From positions 98,704,001 through 98,768,000 of the forward strand of contig OZ024745.1 of the NCBI GenBank assembly GCA_964016885.1: a DNA stretch of 64,000 bases. Reading direction: 5' to 3'. How positions within the stretch are numbered: the first letter of the stretch is position 1; each line of letters starts with the position of its first letter. The translations under genes and the position numbers were made by a program. This document shows positions 1 through 11,974 of the stretch, in pieces. This stretch comes from Eledone cirrhosa (Eukaryota). The notes beneath the pieces are model-generated. The model made no database searches, was not told the DNA's origin, and saw only the letters and a program-made list of their open reading frames with translations.

Positions 1-469
1 CAAGTCCGGCCAAGATAGACAGAGAGGCATGTACGAAGAAAAAAAGTACCAATCCAGTTCTTCCTCTATACCACACTCTCTTCTCTCCTTCGCTGAAAGA
101 AATTGGCTGTGTTCAGACATGAAGAAGGGATGGGTTCCGGCAGGTTTAAAACGCTATATATCACTACGGTGTCTCTACGACCCCACACAAAATAAACTCA
201 TACACCTCAAAATAGAGTCGTGTTCTGTAAGAAGCGGTGAATTCTAACATTTCTTCTCCTACGAAAGTATCCTGTCTAAACAGTTAAACTTTACTATTTT
301 TCTTGTAGTATACAAATTAGTTCAATTTTGTGAACTTGATTAGCTGATGTTATTTACTTATTTTCCCGTTTCGATCGGCAGCCTACAAAATAGGAAATCC
401 AGCAGTAAAGTAGTTAGTTGATAGTCGCCAAAGATACTTATTTCAAATTTTCATAACTGGGTGGCACCA

Positions 470-1110
470 TGAAACACTCAAGAGAGGCGACAGTATATAC
501 CCTCGACGGTGTCTGATATCCTCATTGAAAGGTTTCAACTTAGCACCATTAATTCGAACTCAAATACTAGGGTATTGGTATAGAAACACCAAGGCAACAA
601 CAAGCTAACCATCGATCTCATACTCTCAGAACCTTCTACAACAGGTTCCGTGAAACGCGGTTGTATACCATTTAAAAGTCTACACCTTTTGGCAATACTC
701 CCACGATTTCTTGAAGACCTTGCCGTAGAGTGAATATTTGATCGCCAGTATTGCGTTCGGGTGTGCGGGGAAGGGGTATCACACTTCGTCAGCTAGTTTA
801 TACTCGACGATATCCTTACATCTCTTTGCATAGAATTTTGAAAATTGGGAATATCACTCCCGATTGCCATTGCTTCGGTGCCTTTCCAGGCAACCAGGCT
901 TTTAACAGCTTGGACAGAATTTCATCCTCCCCGAGGCCTTGCCACATTTGAGTTCTTTAATTGCTCTTGTGACCTCAGTCTCCGAGAGGTTAATCATCGC
1001 TCCCAGATGCACCTCATGTATACCATAAGATGCTGTTGAGACCGGGTTTAGGAGGTTAGCAAAGTATTCTCTCCACCTTGCGAGGATGTTCCCCAAATGC
1101 GTTTCTGATA
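470..1110 (-). mobile_element. Degenerate RTE-type LINE reverse-transcriptase fragment
   Basis: Minus-strand translations give ILARWREYFANLLN...EVTRAIKELKCGKASG, then NTGDQIFTLRQ / KKSWEY and KPFNEDIRHRRGYILSPLL. These are RT domain 0-4 motifs with frameshifts. Confidence 0.75.
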
Positions 1111-1589
1111 GCAGCCGAGAAGGGGAACTTCTTATTATGAAGTTCGCTTTCTTTTGCATTTAAATTGTAATTATATTTCCAAACTTTATGAATTGAAACT
1201 AAAACAACAGCATTTAACATTTTCACACTGTTTTCAAAAGTAAACGACATAATTATCTATTTAAAAAAGTACCGCAGCTGTAAATTCCCTGATTCTAATC
1301 AATTTCTAATTAAAAAAAAAATCTTTCCATTTTAGTTTATTACAGCAGTTTCTGAATCTCTGGTGTTCAAAATAGAAACTTTAAGGTTGTTTAAAAATAA
1401 AGTGTAATATTAATATAACAAATATGTTTTAAATATATACATAAATAACATTAGAAATGCTTAGATAACATTATAAATTGCTCGCGATTCTTTCAGAAAG
1501 ATATATTCTTTTAATGTTACAATATTAAAGAAAATGTAAAGGAAGGGGTGAATAACCGAACCAACATCAAAGCAAAAGACAGCAACGTC

Positions 1590-1800
1590 GCGAGAAGTAG
1601 TGAGCAACCTCTGTAATAACAGCCTTGTCTCGGGTGATGGCACTGGAACAACCAAGCGCCCTCGCGAGATTCGCCAGTTACCTCTATTAGGTGAGCCGCC
1701 AGTGAAGAGAATAACCTCGAAGTCAGCGGCCCGACTCCCTCAAACATCTCGAAAGTCACAGGCTGAAAAATGTAGCTGGCCGACAGATCACAGTGTTTGA
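1590..1800 (-). mobile_element. C-terminal fragment of a CRE-like (restriction-like endonuclease) non-LTR retrotransposon
   Basis: ORF 1517..1900 contains LKHCDLSASYIFQPVTFEMFEGVGPLTSRLFSSLAAHLIEVTGESREGAWLFQ...RGCSLLLATL. This resembles the K..KY.DL...F.P.A.ET.G..G....F...L......TG..RE..WL.QR......RGNA..IL end of CRE-clade ORFs. Confidence 0.6.
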
Positions 1801-2027
1801 GGGGTAATATATATATATATATATATATGTATGTATACGTACATACATATATGTGTACAGACGCACAGTAGTATGTATATATATACATACATGCACACAT
1901 ATATATATGTACGTATTTTACCGAACATTTATTATAATGTTCGCTTTGTTTGTAAACAAACAGCCCGAATTACGCCGTACAGTGCTCGGAAACCATCGTC
2001 GCCCTTTTGTTCAACACTGACACAGGA

Positions 2028-2070
2028 ACGATGTACTAGTTTCAAGCTTATTAGCTATCGTCAGCAACGT
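2028..2070 (-). ncRNA. Minimal type I hammerhead ribozyme
   Basis: Minus strand reads ACGTTG-CTGACGA-T AGCT aata AGCT T-GAAA-CTAG-TA-CATCGT, with a palindromic loop 3 (CTAG) and a GUA cleavage triplet. Confidence 0.75.
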
Positions 2071-2454
2071 ATACCTTCCTGCCAGATGATTGAACAAATG
2101 AGCAACGATGGTTGCTAGACACTGTACGGCTTAATTCGGGATGTTTGTTTACAAACACACCGAGCATTATAATAAATGTTCGGTGAATCCATACGTACAT
2201 ATATATATGTGTGCATGTATGTATATATATATATATACTACTATACGTCTGTATACATATATGTATGTACGTATACATACTTATATTTAAGTAACTAAGA
2301 GTGAGAAATGAAATTTCGTTTCATTTTTTCCGTTTATCGTTTTCAGTACCCCGGCCGATTAACTCACTCGATATGCAAATTAGGCTGCTCAGCCGTTAAT
2401 ATGCATAAGGAAAGGATATACTTTCAGACGTTCAATCATCTGGCAGGAAGGTAT

Positions 2455-2497
2455 ACGTTGCTGACGATATCTAATAAGCTTGAAACTAGTACAGCGT
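2455..2497 (+). ncRNA. Minimal type I hammerhead ribozyme
   Basis: ACGTTG-CTGACGA-TATCTAATAAGCTT-GAAA-CTAG-TA-CAGCGT. Stem I is 6 bp with one G-U pair. Predicted cleavage is after 2491. Confidence 0.75.
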
Positions 2498-2738
2498 TCC
2501 TTTGTCAGTGTTGAACAAATGAGCAACGATGGTTGCTAGATACTGTACGGCTTAATTCGGGATCTTTGTTTACAAACACACCGAGCATTATAATAAATGT
2601 TCAGTGAATCCATACGTACATATATATATGTGTGCATGTATGTATATATATATACATACTACTGTACGTCTGTATACATATATGTATGTACGTATACATA
2701 CTTATATATATATATATATATAAGTTTTAATATAGATG

Positions 2739-2789
2739 AGATTCTACAGGACTAGAACTGTTTCATTCTTTAGAAATCATCAGGAATCT
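2739..2789 (-). ncRNA. Type I hammerhead ribozyme (mirror copy)
   Basis: Exact reverse complement of 2858-2908. Confidence 0.8.
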
Positions 2790-2857
2790 GGGTATCAAAA
2801 AATAAGTATCTACCACTTGTAGAGACCTATAAATACCATACTTATTTTTTGATACCC

Positions 2858-2908
2858 AGATTCCTGATGATTTCTAAAGAATGAAACAGTTCTAGTCCTG
2901 TAGAATCT
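2858..2908 (+). ncRNA. Type I hammerhead ribozyme
   Basis: AGATTC-CTGATGA-T TTC taaa GAA T-GAAA-CAG ttctagtc CTG-TA-GAATCT. Stem I is a perfect 6 bp and stem III is CAG/CTG. The triplet is GUA, with cleavage after 2902. Confidence 0.8.
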
Positions 2909-3385
2909 CATCTATATTAAAACTTTTATACTCTGCAATGTATTGAGTACCTTGCTTGCTGTGGTTGCCTCCGATTCAACCCGGAATAACGTATATATAT
3001 ATATATATATATATTATAAGGGTTTATAAAAAAATGCTCGTTTAAACGAATAAATTTGAATACTTAGTTAAAACACGAAAACTGCTTAATATGATATCTA
3101 ATTTAGCCACGAGGGCGAAACATTTGGGTGGAGTGACGTAGGTAAGTCTATTAAAACAACCACAAAAAATATAAATATAACAACATTTACATTACAAATG
3201 TTGCATAGAAAGTATTTTTTGTTTTAACCGAAGAAATGATATTTTCATGTTACACATGATAAAGAATCCACTGAACTATATTTCAAAAACATTTGTTTTA
3301 ATTAATAAATATTTTTACAATATGTTGTTTTGAGAGTCTCTATATGAAAAGGTTGCACGTTTAGTCTCTCATAGTTTTAATGATA

Positions 3386-3423
3386 GTTTATATAGGAAAC
3401 CGTCAGTCAGTGTCCATGACAAC
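3386..3423 (+). promoter_or_regulatory. Two RFX X-box-like motifs; probable promoter of the NME8-like gene
   Basis: GTTTATATAGGAAAC (3386-3400) and GTGTCCATGACAAC (3410-3423) resemble GTNNYY-AT-RRNAAC. They lie in non-repetitive DNA just before a consensus splice donor. RFX control of ciliary genes is established knowledge. Confidence 0.55.
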
Positions 3424-3447
3424 ACGACGCTATAGCCGTACTCAAAG
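3424..3447 (+). other. NME8: Putative non-coding first exon (5' end uncertain)
   Basis: Consensus donor AAG|GTAAGT at 3447/3448. The ATG exon begins with an acceptor (ttttacag|11669), so an upstream UTR exon is expected. Confidence 0.45.
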
Positions 3448-3649
3448 GTAAGTGTACAGGTCTTCTCCCAAGCTTCTTTATCATCCATTTAGTACTATGT
3501 TTAAAGGGAACACCCTTTAATAACAAACTGACCCTTGTTCTACGATACTACGTTGTTTGTTTTATAGTATTTATATTTACCTAAAACTTTCCGTCAATTT
3601 TATGTAATGACTTTTATGTTCCGATCGCCAACTTAATCATTTTTTTTAC

Positions 3650-3845
3650 ATTTGGCACAAGGCCAGCAATTTGATGGTGATGGAGAAAGTCGATTAAATC
3701 GACCTCAGTGCGTTACTGGTATTTATTTTATCAACCCTACAAGGATGAACGGCAAAGCTAATCTCGACGAGATTTGATCTTAGAACAAAGAGTCGGAAAA
3801 ATATTGCTATGCATTTATTCGGCGCTCTACCGATTCTGCTAATCT
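3650..3845 (-). mobile_element. Meta-domain-like tRNA SINE (family A), diverged
   Basis: Matches the reverse complement of the family typified by 22386-22575. Confidence 0.7.
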
Positions 3846-4090
3846 TCTACTCTGAAACACCAGCTTGATAATAAGAAAATAATGTGTTGAGCTGAACATA
3901 ATTTCAATCAATTGAGAGTATAGCCGCATGGAGAAAACTGAATCGTCAGCATTAATGAAAACGTCTTTGAAAAAGGGGTCAGTATTGATTAAGTTAGACA
4001 TAGGGACCATTAACTCCCATTGAAGTTGTAGAGGCACCGTCCTGACACACCTGGGGATTTTAAAACCTGGTGGAATCCCTCCCTGCCACA

Positions 4091-4212
4091 GTCAGAACAT
4101 AGCTGATTTCTTCTGGGGAGTAAGAAAGAGAGAGAGAGACAGGGAATCTCTCCTTTCTACAGTCGGAACATAGCTGATTTCTTCTGGGGAGTGAGAAAGA
4201 GAGAGACAGGGA
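4091..4212. repeat. Short tandem duplication (~70 bp x2)
   Basis: gtc[a/g]gaacatagctgatttcttctggggagt...gagagacaggga occurs twice. Confidence 0.8.
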
Positions 4213-6222
4213 ACTAGAGGAAGAATTGTCTCAGGTTCTAGACTAGTACTTTATTTCTTGGTGGGATTTGAACTCAGGGTGTTGTGAGTTGGAACAAATA
4301 TGGAAGCATTTTTAATTTGATGCTTTAATGACCCTGTTAATTCACTATTGTATATGAAGAGCTTTTATCAGAAATAGAAACCACCAACAATTTCAGTATG
4401 CTGTCATTCAAATAAATTTATATTAGATATATTATGTTTCACTTCACACTCATTAGGTCCCAAGTTTGATTCCACTGTGTGGCAACTTGAGCAAATATCA
4501 TTTCCAACAACTTCAGATCAACCCAAGCCCTGTGAGAAAAATTGGTTAGACAGAAATTAGAAATATAAACATGGAAGGATTAATTTATAATTAATTATTG
4601 AGATATTTTTAGAATAAATAAAACAGTTTGAAATAAAGACATCTTATACTTTTCTTATACTTTCAGTTTTTTTTTTTTTAAGAATTTTAATAATGAAATA
4701 GCTATGTTCTGTTATACATGCCAATAAATAACTTTGTCTTATTTTACATCATAAATATTTGACTCTTATTGTATACATCATAAATACCTGCAGTAAATTA
4801 TCTATTTTTACTAACTGGGAGACATTCATCAGCATCTGAAATTCTTGTAAAACTGATTTCATGTATTATATAACTTGCAAGCTTTAACTTCCCTAATTGC
4901 AGCTTTCTGGTTTCTTGTCAAGAGGATCTTAACCCTTTAGCATTTAAACCAGCCGTATCTGGCCAGAATTCTCTCACCTTTTTCTGTTCAAACTGGTCAT
5001 ATCTAGCTACTCATACTTATGTTAAGGTATTGTTCTCAAAATAAATAATAACAAAATCTCATAGATTCGATATTATATGAGATATTATGTGAGATAAAGC
5101 CTTTACCGCGAAAATGCAATAGTCCATATAGAGTAATGTAAATGCTAAAGGGTTAAACAACATGGTGGAATATTCCTAACAGCTTCTCCTCAACACAACA
5201 GGCTCTGTAAACATTGACCATATTAAAAGATAGTATTTTCACACTTACTTTACTTCTAACTCTAGCTTGTGCATACTGTAAACAACATGCACAAATGGTT
5301 AAGAAATTCACTTTTCAATCAGTAAGTCCTGGGTTCGGTCCCACTATGTGGCTTCTTGGGCGAGTGTCCATGTTTATTTTTATTTACAGTAGTAATAATA
5401 ATAATAACAATAATAACAACAATAATAAAAAAGAAAAGGAAACAAAAGAAGAAAAAGAATAGGAAAATATAAAGAAAAAAGATAAAAAGAATGGGAAGGG
5501 GAGGGGATGGCAAGAACTTTAGTGTCGCAGAGGGGAGGGGTGATTGGGCTTTGGGTTTAGGGCAATGGGGCAGAAGGGCTGTACCCCGCGGACAAGACCA
5601 CAAAAGCATTCCCGCAGACAATGGCCAGTGACATCTGCTGCAACAGCCACTCAACCTCGCTGGGTTCCTTTCTCAGATGGGCCACCAATGTTCCAATCTT
5701 GCAGAGGAACTCAGCTGTACAGGGTCCAAGTATGTCTGAGGTCTCAACGGCACCTATGTTTTGTGAGTGGAGCTGGGTAGCTGTAAACTGCAAACCTTTT
5801 AGATGAACTGTATCTAATTAAAAGTGACAGCCTTGTCACATACTGTCTTATGCTGACCCTCCTTGAGAATTACATTAAGGTACATGTGTCTTTTGAATGC
5901 TCAGCCACTTATATGTTAATGTCATGTGAAGGCTGTTCTATTGATCAAACAACTGGAACATTCCTCATGAAAACTGATGGAGGTCCATCTCAGGGTGTCC
6001 ATGCACAACAAATCATATCCTAGTCTTATCTTCCCTAGCTTGTTGGCTTCACACACAATACTGATGAGAGCTAAACTTCTCCAACCACTTAAGTCTGATA
6101 GGATGAGTGGAGTATAGCTGAGAGAGAGAGAGAGAGGAAGACAAACAATATTGCAGAAGATGATGTGAATAGAGCTAGTGAATGTTATGAAAAGAAATTG
6201 AATGAAATGGTTGGGTCATGTG

Positions 6223-7108
6223 CAGAGACGTATCTAGGGTATGGCAAGCATGGCATGTGCCATAAGCGCCACTTGAAAGGGGCTGCTACCTGGACTAGGA
6301 GCAGTCTCTATTAAAGTCAAATAAGCTATCGTCAGAGAGTGAAAAAAGAAACTTCTTCAGATGTATGATCTGTCTTTGATTATCATAGGTGAGAAATACT
6401 ATGGTGACTGAATCATTAAGCCATTTATATAGATTATTAGGCCCATAGGCAAAAATACAGTGCTGGGGATTACATGGTCATAGAGTCATACCTCATAGTA
6501 TGATTTGTCAGATATTTTAATAGGGTTTTAATATATGTTGAAGATCAGTATTACACAGATCATCATCATCATCATCATCATCACCGTTTTACGTCCGTTC
6601 TTCCACGCTAGCATGGGTTAGACGGGTTGTCCTGTTATGGGCAGTGTCTGGTCGGCTGACCATGCCTTGCTCATACAGGAACTGATCTGGCTTGATTTCT
6701 ACAGCTGGATGCCCTTCCTAATACCAACCTCATTTACAGTGAGTGCTGGGTGCTTTTTCGTGGCGCCTACACGTCCACTTTACAGTGTGGGCTAGGTGCT
6801 TTTTTGCCGTGGCACCTCCACGACCACCTTGCGGTGGGGGGCGTGGGGGCATATTGTTTATATGCTTCAGCATGTACCCATGGGAGGTCGGGTACTCTGT
6901 ATTACTGCGTGACTCCCTATAAATACACTAACACTTTTGCCAATACTTTACGTCTACTTAAGCGTAAAGGACACCTGTAGAACAAATGAATTTATTTAAA
7001 CTGTACTGTCAATTCCATGGTCAAACAACTACTATATAGCTTGTTGCATGGGCAGGGGCACAATTTCACAGCTTGCCATAGGCACTATTTTCCATAGTTA
7101 CACCTCTG
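6223..7108. mobile_element. Non-autonomous hAT-type DNA transposon (MITE)
   Basis: Imperfect TIRs CAGAGACGTATCTAGGG / CCATAGTTACACCTCTG. The 8-bp TSD is gtcatgtg (6215-6222) vs gtcatatg (7109-7116). Confidence 0.7.
6560..6920 (-). mobile_element. RTE-tailed SINE (family B) nested in the MITE
   Basis: (CAT)n tail followed by cgttttacgtcc...gcatgggttagacggg...ggatgcccttcctaa, shared with more than 10 copies in the window. Confidence 0.8.
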
Positions 7109-8218
7109 GTCATATGTTGAGGAAGGATGAAAGTGACTAGGTGAGAGAAATTTTGGAAATGAATATAGAAGGAAGTAGAGGAAGGAGTGTAGACCAAGAA
7201 AGACGTGATTACAAATGAGGGAAGAAGAATGCAGATAAGGAAAAATTTTGAGAAGTTTGACATGTATAGCTCATGATACCCGAGAGTAAATATGCTTTCA
7301 TCTAATCAGCATTTAGTATAAAATATATCAAAACATTTCTGGAGAATGAATTCCATATTTGAAATGTAATTTTATTCTGTTTTGATGCTAAACTTTCTTA
7401 TCACTGGAAAATAATGCAGAGCTGTTTTTGTTTTTTTACAATAAATATTTTATATGTATCTCTCTTTTTCTAAAATTAGCTAACTATGGAATCGGTAAGA
7501 GATATATTCTAAGCTGTGTTTTTTTTAATGAATTGTGTCACTGTGTGTTCTTTGGAAATGCTGTGGATAGCACAAATATTTTTTTAAAGCTTAATTAGAC
7601 CTTTTCTTGTGTTAGATGTTAGTTAAAAGTGTTTATATGAGGTAGAAAATTGGTGAAGAGTCAGTGGCATACCAGAAATGTACTTGGGTGTCATTATCCA
7701 ATGGATTTAGGTTCACATTCCACTAGTCTCTCACAGTTTTCTTTCTCTCTATTCCTGTGTGTTTTCATTCTTATTTCTTATGGTATAATATATATGTATA
7801 TATATATATGTGTGTGTGTGTGTATATATCCATCAAGACACCACTGCCTGCTGCTCACTTTGGTGGAGAACACACCTAGCAGTGCCAAGAGAAATGAATA
7901 TTTACATCTGTTTGAGATCAAAGCCATACGTGAAGGATTAGACAAGATACAATCATCAAAGCATTCTCAGATGAACAGATGAAGAAGTGGATCATCATGA
8001 ATTTGATGAAAAACATAAGCAAGGAGCATATATATGTGTGATCATCATGTTATATATATATATATATATATTTCATTTTATTATGGGTAAATAGTTAGCC
8101 TCAATAAAATGAATATTAAAACTCTACTTTGGTATTGAGTACTCAACCACATACGGATATATATATAAACACACATGACGATGATCACACACACGCACGC
8201 ACACACACACACGCACAC

Positions 8219-9165
<947 letters not shown>

Positions 9166-9351
9166 AGCAATATGTAAACAAAGGAAATATGTTTGGAATA
9201 CAGCAAGCAAAGTTTTAGAATTGGATAGAATTTGTTTACATATCGCTATTAAGTTATAGCTTTTGAAAATAATGGTAATGTACTCATCCAGTAAATGAAA
9301 GGTGCGGGTTTGACTCCCGCATCTGCTGATACCCATCTTTTTCTGTTCAGT

Positions 9352-9598
9352 GGGTTTATACACCCCATTATTAGACTATATAATGGAGTCTATACACCCC
9401 ATTATTAGACTATATTATATAGTCTATACACCCCCATTATTAGACTATATTATGGAGTCTATACACCCCATTATTAGACTATATTATATAGTCTATACAC
9501 CCCCATTATTAGACTATATCATGGAGTCTATACACCCCATTATTAGACTATATTATTTAGTCTATACACCCCATTATTAGACTATATTATGGAGTCAA
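9352..9598. repeat. Minisatellite, 69-bp period made of two ~35-bp subunits
   Basis: gtctatacacccc(c)attattagactatat occurs about 7 times, inside an imperfect inverted repeat (~9180-9225 / ~9596-9640). Confidence 0.9.
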
Positions 9599-9786
9599 TT
9601 CTAAAAATTTGCTCACTATGTTCCAAACATATTTCCTTTATATATATATATAGGAAAAAGTATGACCCCCGGCGGCAGAGCTCAAGCCGTTTCGACGGCT
9701 ATAAAGGAAATATGTTTAGAACATTGGGCTTATACCATTAAGTCCACATGAAGATATGTCAGTCACTATTTTAACACCAAATATTA

Positions 9787-9847
9787 TATTTTATCTGATG
9801 AAAGCGTACTTAAATATTAGTGCCCTTGAAATACGTATAATAAAATA
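9787..9847 (+). ncRNA. Type I hammerhead ribozyme
   Basis: TATTTTAT-CTGATGA-AAG c GTACT...AGTGC c CTT-GAAA-T ACGT A-TA-ATAAAATA. Stem I is 8 bp and loop 3 is palindromic. Cleavage is predicted after 9839. Confidence 0.8.
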
Positions 9848-10029
9848 AATATGGTTTTGTAAAGATATTTTCCATTTATTAATATTATCAATATTAATGA
9901 TACTCCAGATAAATTTTGTAGAGTGCTTCTAATCTACTGTAAAATTAACTTTGTTGAATAATCAACAAACGATATAACTCATTGTTTGTATACATATATA
10001 TATATATATATATATATATCAACAGTTGA

Positions 10030-10290
10030 TCAACAAGATCCCAGACCTCATTCGCTTAACGAGTGAGGTGGAGCTTATCAAATCGGACTGAGGAAACAAT
10101 GTTTCCATTGGTCTTTCCAGTTGCTAATACTATCTATCGGTTGCAAATCCAGGTAGGAGCAATGTGAAATAAAGTGTCTTGCTCAAGGACATAATGCATC
10201 GCCTGGTCCGGGAATTGAAAATCCAATTGTGAATTGCGAAAATCCAATTGTGAATCCAATTCTTTAACCACTCAGTCACGTGCCTTCACT
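10030..10290 (-). mobile_element. tRNA-headed SINE (family B head)
   Basis: Reverse complement of 53455-53680 (A/B boxes, ccttgagcaagacactttatttcac). Confidence 0.8.
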
Positions 10291-10410
10291 ATATATGTGT
10301 GTATGTGTGTGTGCGTATATTGGTATAGAAAATCCAAAATTGGCACAGTCCTCAGTCTGTGGAAAGTGTTTGTAATATATAAAGATTTATTGCATTGACT
10401 TATGTCATTT

Positions 10411-10485
10411 AGGTACAATTGTTTCACTAGACTACTGTTTCAGATCTCTCACTGATCAAGAGACAATATTCTAGTTCATCAGCCT
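10411..10485 (-). ncRNA. Type I hammerhead ribozyme with an extended stem II
   Basis: Minus strand reads AGG-CTGATGA-ACTAG [40-nt insert with a hairpin] CTAGT-GAAA-CAATTG-TA-CCT. A decayed inverted copy lies at ~10971-11030 (+). Confidence 0.7.
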
Positions 10486-11159
10486 GTGTAGATGCCATTT
10501 TGTAATGATTGCAATCTTTTCCTTCAAATATGGAAGAGCTTCATGACAGAAAATGAAAGAAGAGATATGTATAAAGTAATTTGGTAGGTGATTAGAGAAG
10601 CTAACTGTTGGGTGTTGAACATATAAACATTTGAGACATAAAGTAAGAAAAAGTGGAGACTAAAAGGACAAACATTGTGAAGTTTAGGTTTGCAAAGGAG
10701 AGTTTGTGGGGAAGTAATTGGGAGATAACAGTGGCTAGTAGAGGGAATCTATGGTACCCAGAGCTGTTATCCTGATGTGGGTGGAATTTTGCAGTACTCG
10801 AATATAGATTTGTATCTGTTGGGGTAGCAACTGAAGAAATCAACTCTCATGTTGAGGCAGTTTTTCACCTTATAATACATTTATATCTGCAATACTATCT
10901 CTATATATTACTCACTCTTTCACTTTCTCTCTTGGAGCTTTTCCAGATTTGTAGGAAAATACTGTCAATACAGACTGATGAACAAGACTCTTGTCACAGT
11001 AGTCTAGCAAAACAATCAAACATAAATGACATTCTAAGTTAGTGTAATGTCTGTCTGTCTAAATGTTTGTCTCTTATCAATAGAGATTGTTTATTTCAGT
11101 GTTTGAAGTAAATATTTACTGCTATTAATAAAAAATATATTAACTCTAGAGTTAATATA

Positions 11160-11347
11160 ATTGTTTCTACTTTAGGCACAAGGCCAGCAATTACCCAGTG
11201 CATTACTGGTACTTTATTTTATTGACCCCGTAAGGATGAAAGGCAAAGTCAACCTCGGCGGGATTTGAACTCAGATCGTAAAGGGACGTAATTATGCTGG
11301 AAAGCATGGCGTCCGACTCTCTACCGATACTGCCAATCCACCGCCCT
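11160..11347 (-). mobile_element. Meta-domain-like tRNA SINE (family A)
   Basis: Full copy, flanked by the direct repeat ctagagttaatataat (probable TSD). Confidence 0.85.
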
Positions 11348-11713
11348 AGAGTTAATATAATATTTGTTACCTAGTTGATGTTGTGTAAATTCCAATGAAA
11401 GAGTCTTGTGTCTATGTTAGAAGCCGACTCTCTCTCTATTGGTAAAAGAATTTGTGAAATTATAAAACTAGAAGAACATACATACACACACACACACACA
11501 AACATGCATACATATATACATATATTGAGATTAATTATGTCAATTAAAAAAGCAATCATAAATGATAAAATAATTCTTTTTGAATAATTAATGTTTCAAC
11601 ATGTAATTATCCAAGAAAATTGAGTGTTAAGATTGATTTATGGCCTAATACTGTTTTTGGTTTTACAGCCACCATTAACTGACGAGAACAGTAAGAGTCC
11701 AAGCATATCTAAT

Positions 11714-11804
11714 ATGGCTCGACGGAAGGTAGAAATTATTCTCCAGCGTGAATTGGAGACACAGGAAGATTGGGAAGATTTCCTTTCAAAAGAAGGCTTG
11801 TTAG
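11714..11804 (+). CDS. NME8: NME8/TXNDC3-like, coding exon 1 (exon starts at 11669)
   Basis: MARRKVEIILQRELETQEDWEDFLSKEGLL resembles the NME8/NME9 N-terminus. Donor G|GTCAGT, phase 1. Confidence 0.9.
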
Positions 11805-11974
11805 GTCAGTTAAAAGATGCCATCATTGTCATCATCATCGTCATCATCATCATATTCATCATCATTATATTTATCATCATCATCATTATCATCATCATCA
11901 TCTTCATTTAACATCCACTTTCCCTGCTAGCAAAGGTTGGACGAGTCATCACACACCAATTCAGCACTTAATTG

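Larger units (their letters stand above)
1808..2721. mobile_element. Fold-back element with hammerheads (Penelope-like pLTR type)
   Basis: Arm ~1810-2095 is the reverse complement of ~2430-2720. An extra partial right arm lies at ~2090-2283. (TA)n flanks both sides. Confidence 0.7.
2722..3012. mobile_element. Young fold-back element: perfect 88-bp inverted repeat plus tail
   Basis: 2722-2809 is the exact reverse complement of 2838-2925, with a 28-nt spacer. A unique tail containing GTATTGAGTAC follows, then (TA)n. Confidence 0.8.
6135..7200 (+). mobile_element. RTE C-terminal fragment split by a hAT MITE
   Basis: Removing 6223-7116 rejoins aatgaaatggttgggtcat[g/a]tg-ttgaggaaggatgaaagtgact (WLGH.LRKDESD). 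This is the same family as 30460-30600. Confidence 0.7.

Noticed and set aside
6056-6090. CTGATGA-GAG...CTC motif
   Set aside because: There is no GAAA after stem II and no stem I partner.
7830-8030. Non-repetitive purine-rich stretch that could be an exon
   Set aside because: It has no convincing splice sites and no recognisable protein similarity.
10601-10843. Possible GIY-YIG C-terminal remnant between the inverted hammerheads
   Set aside because: Only a short ITALGTI resemblance is visible, which is insufficient without a profile search.
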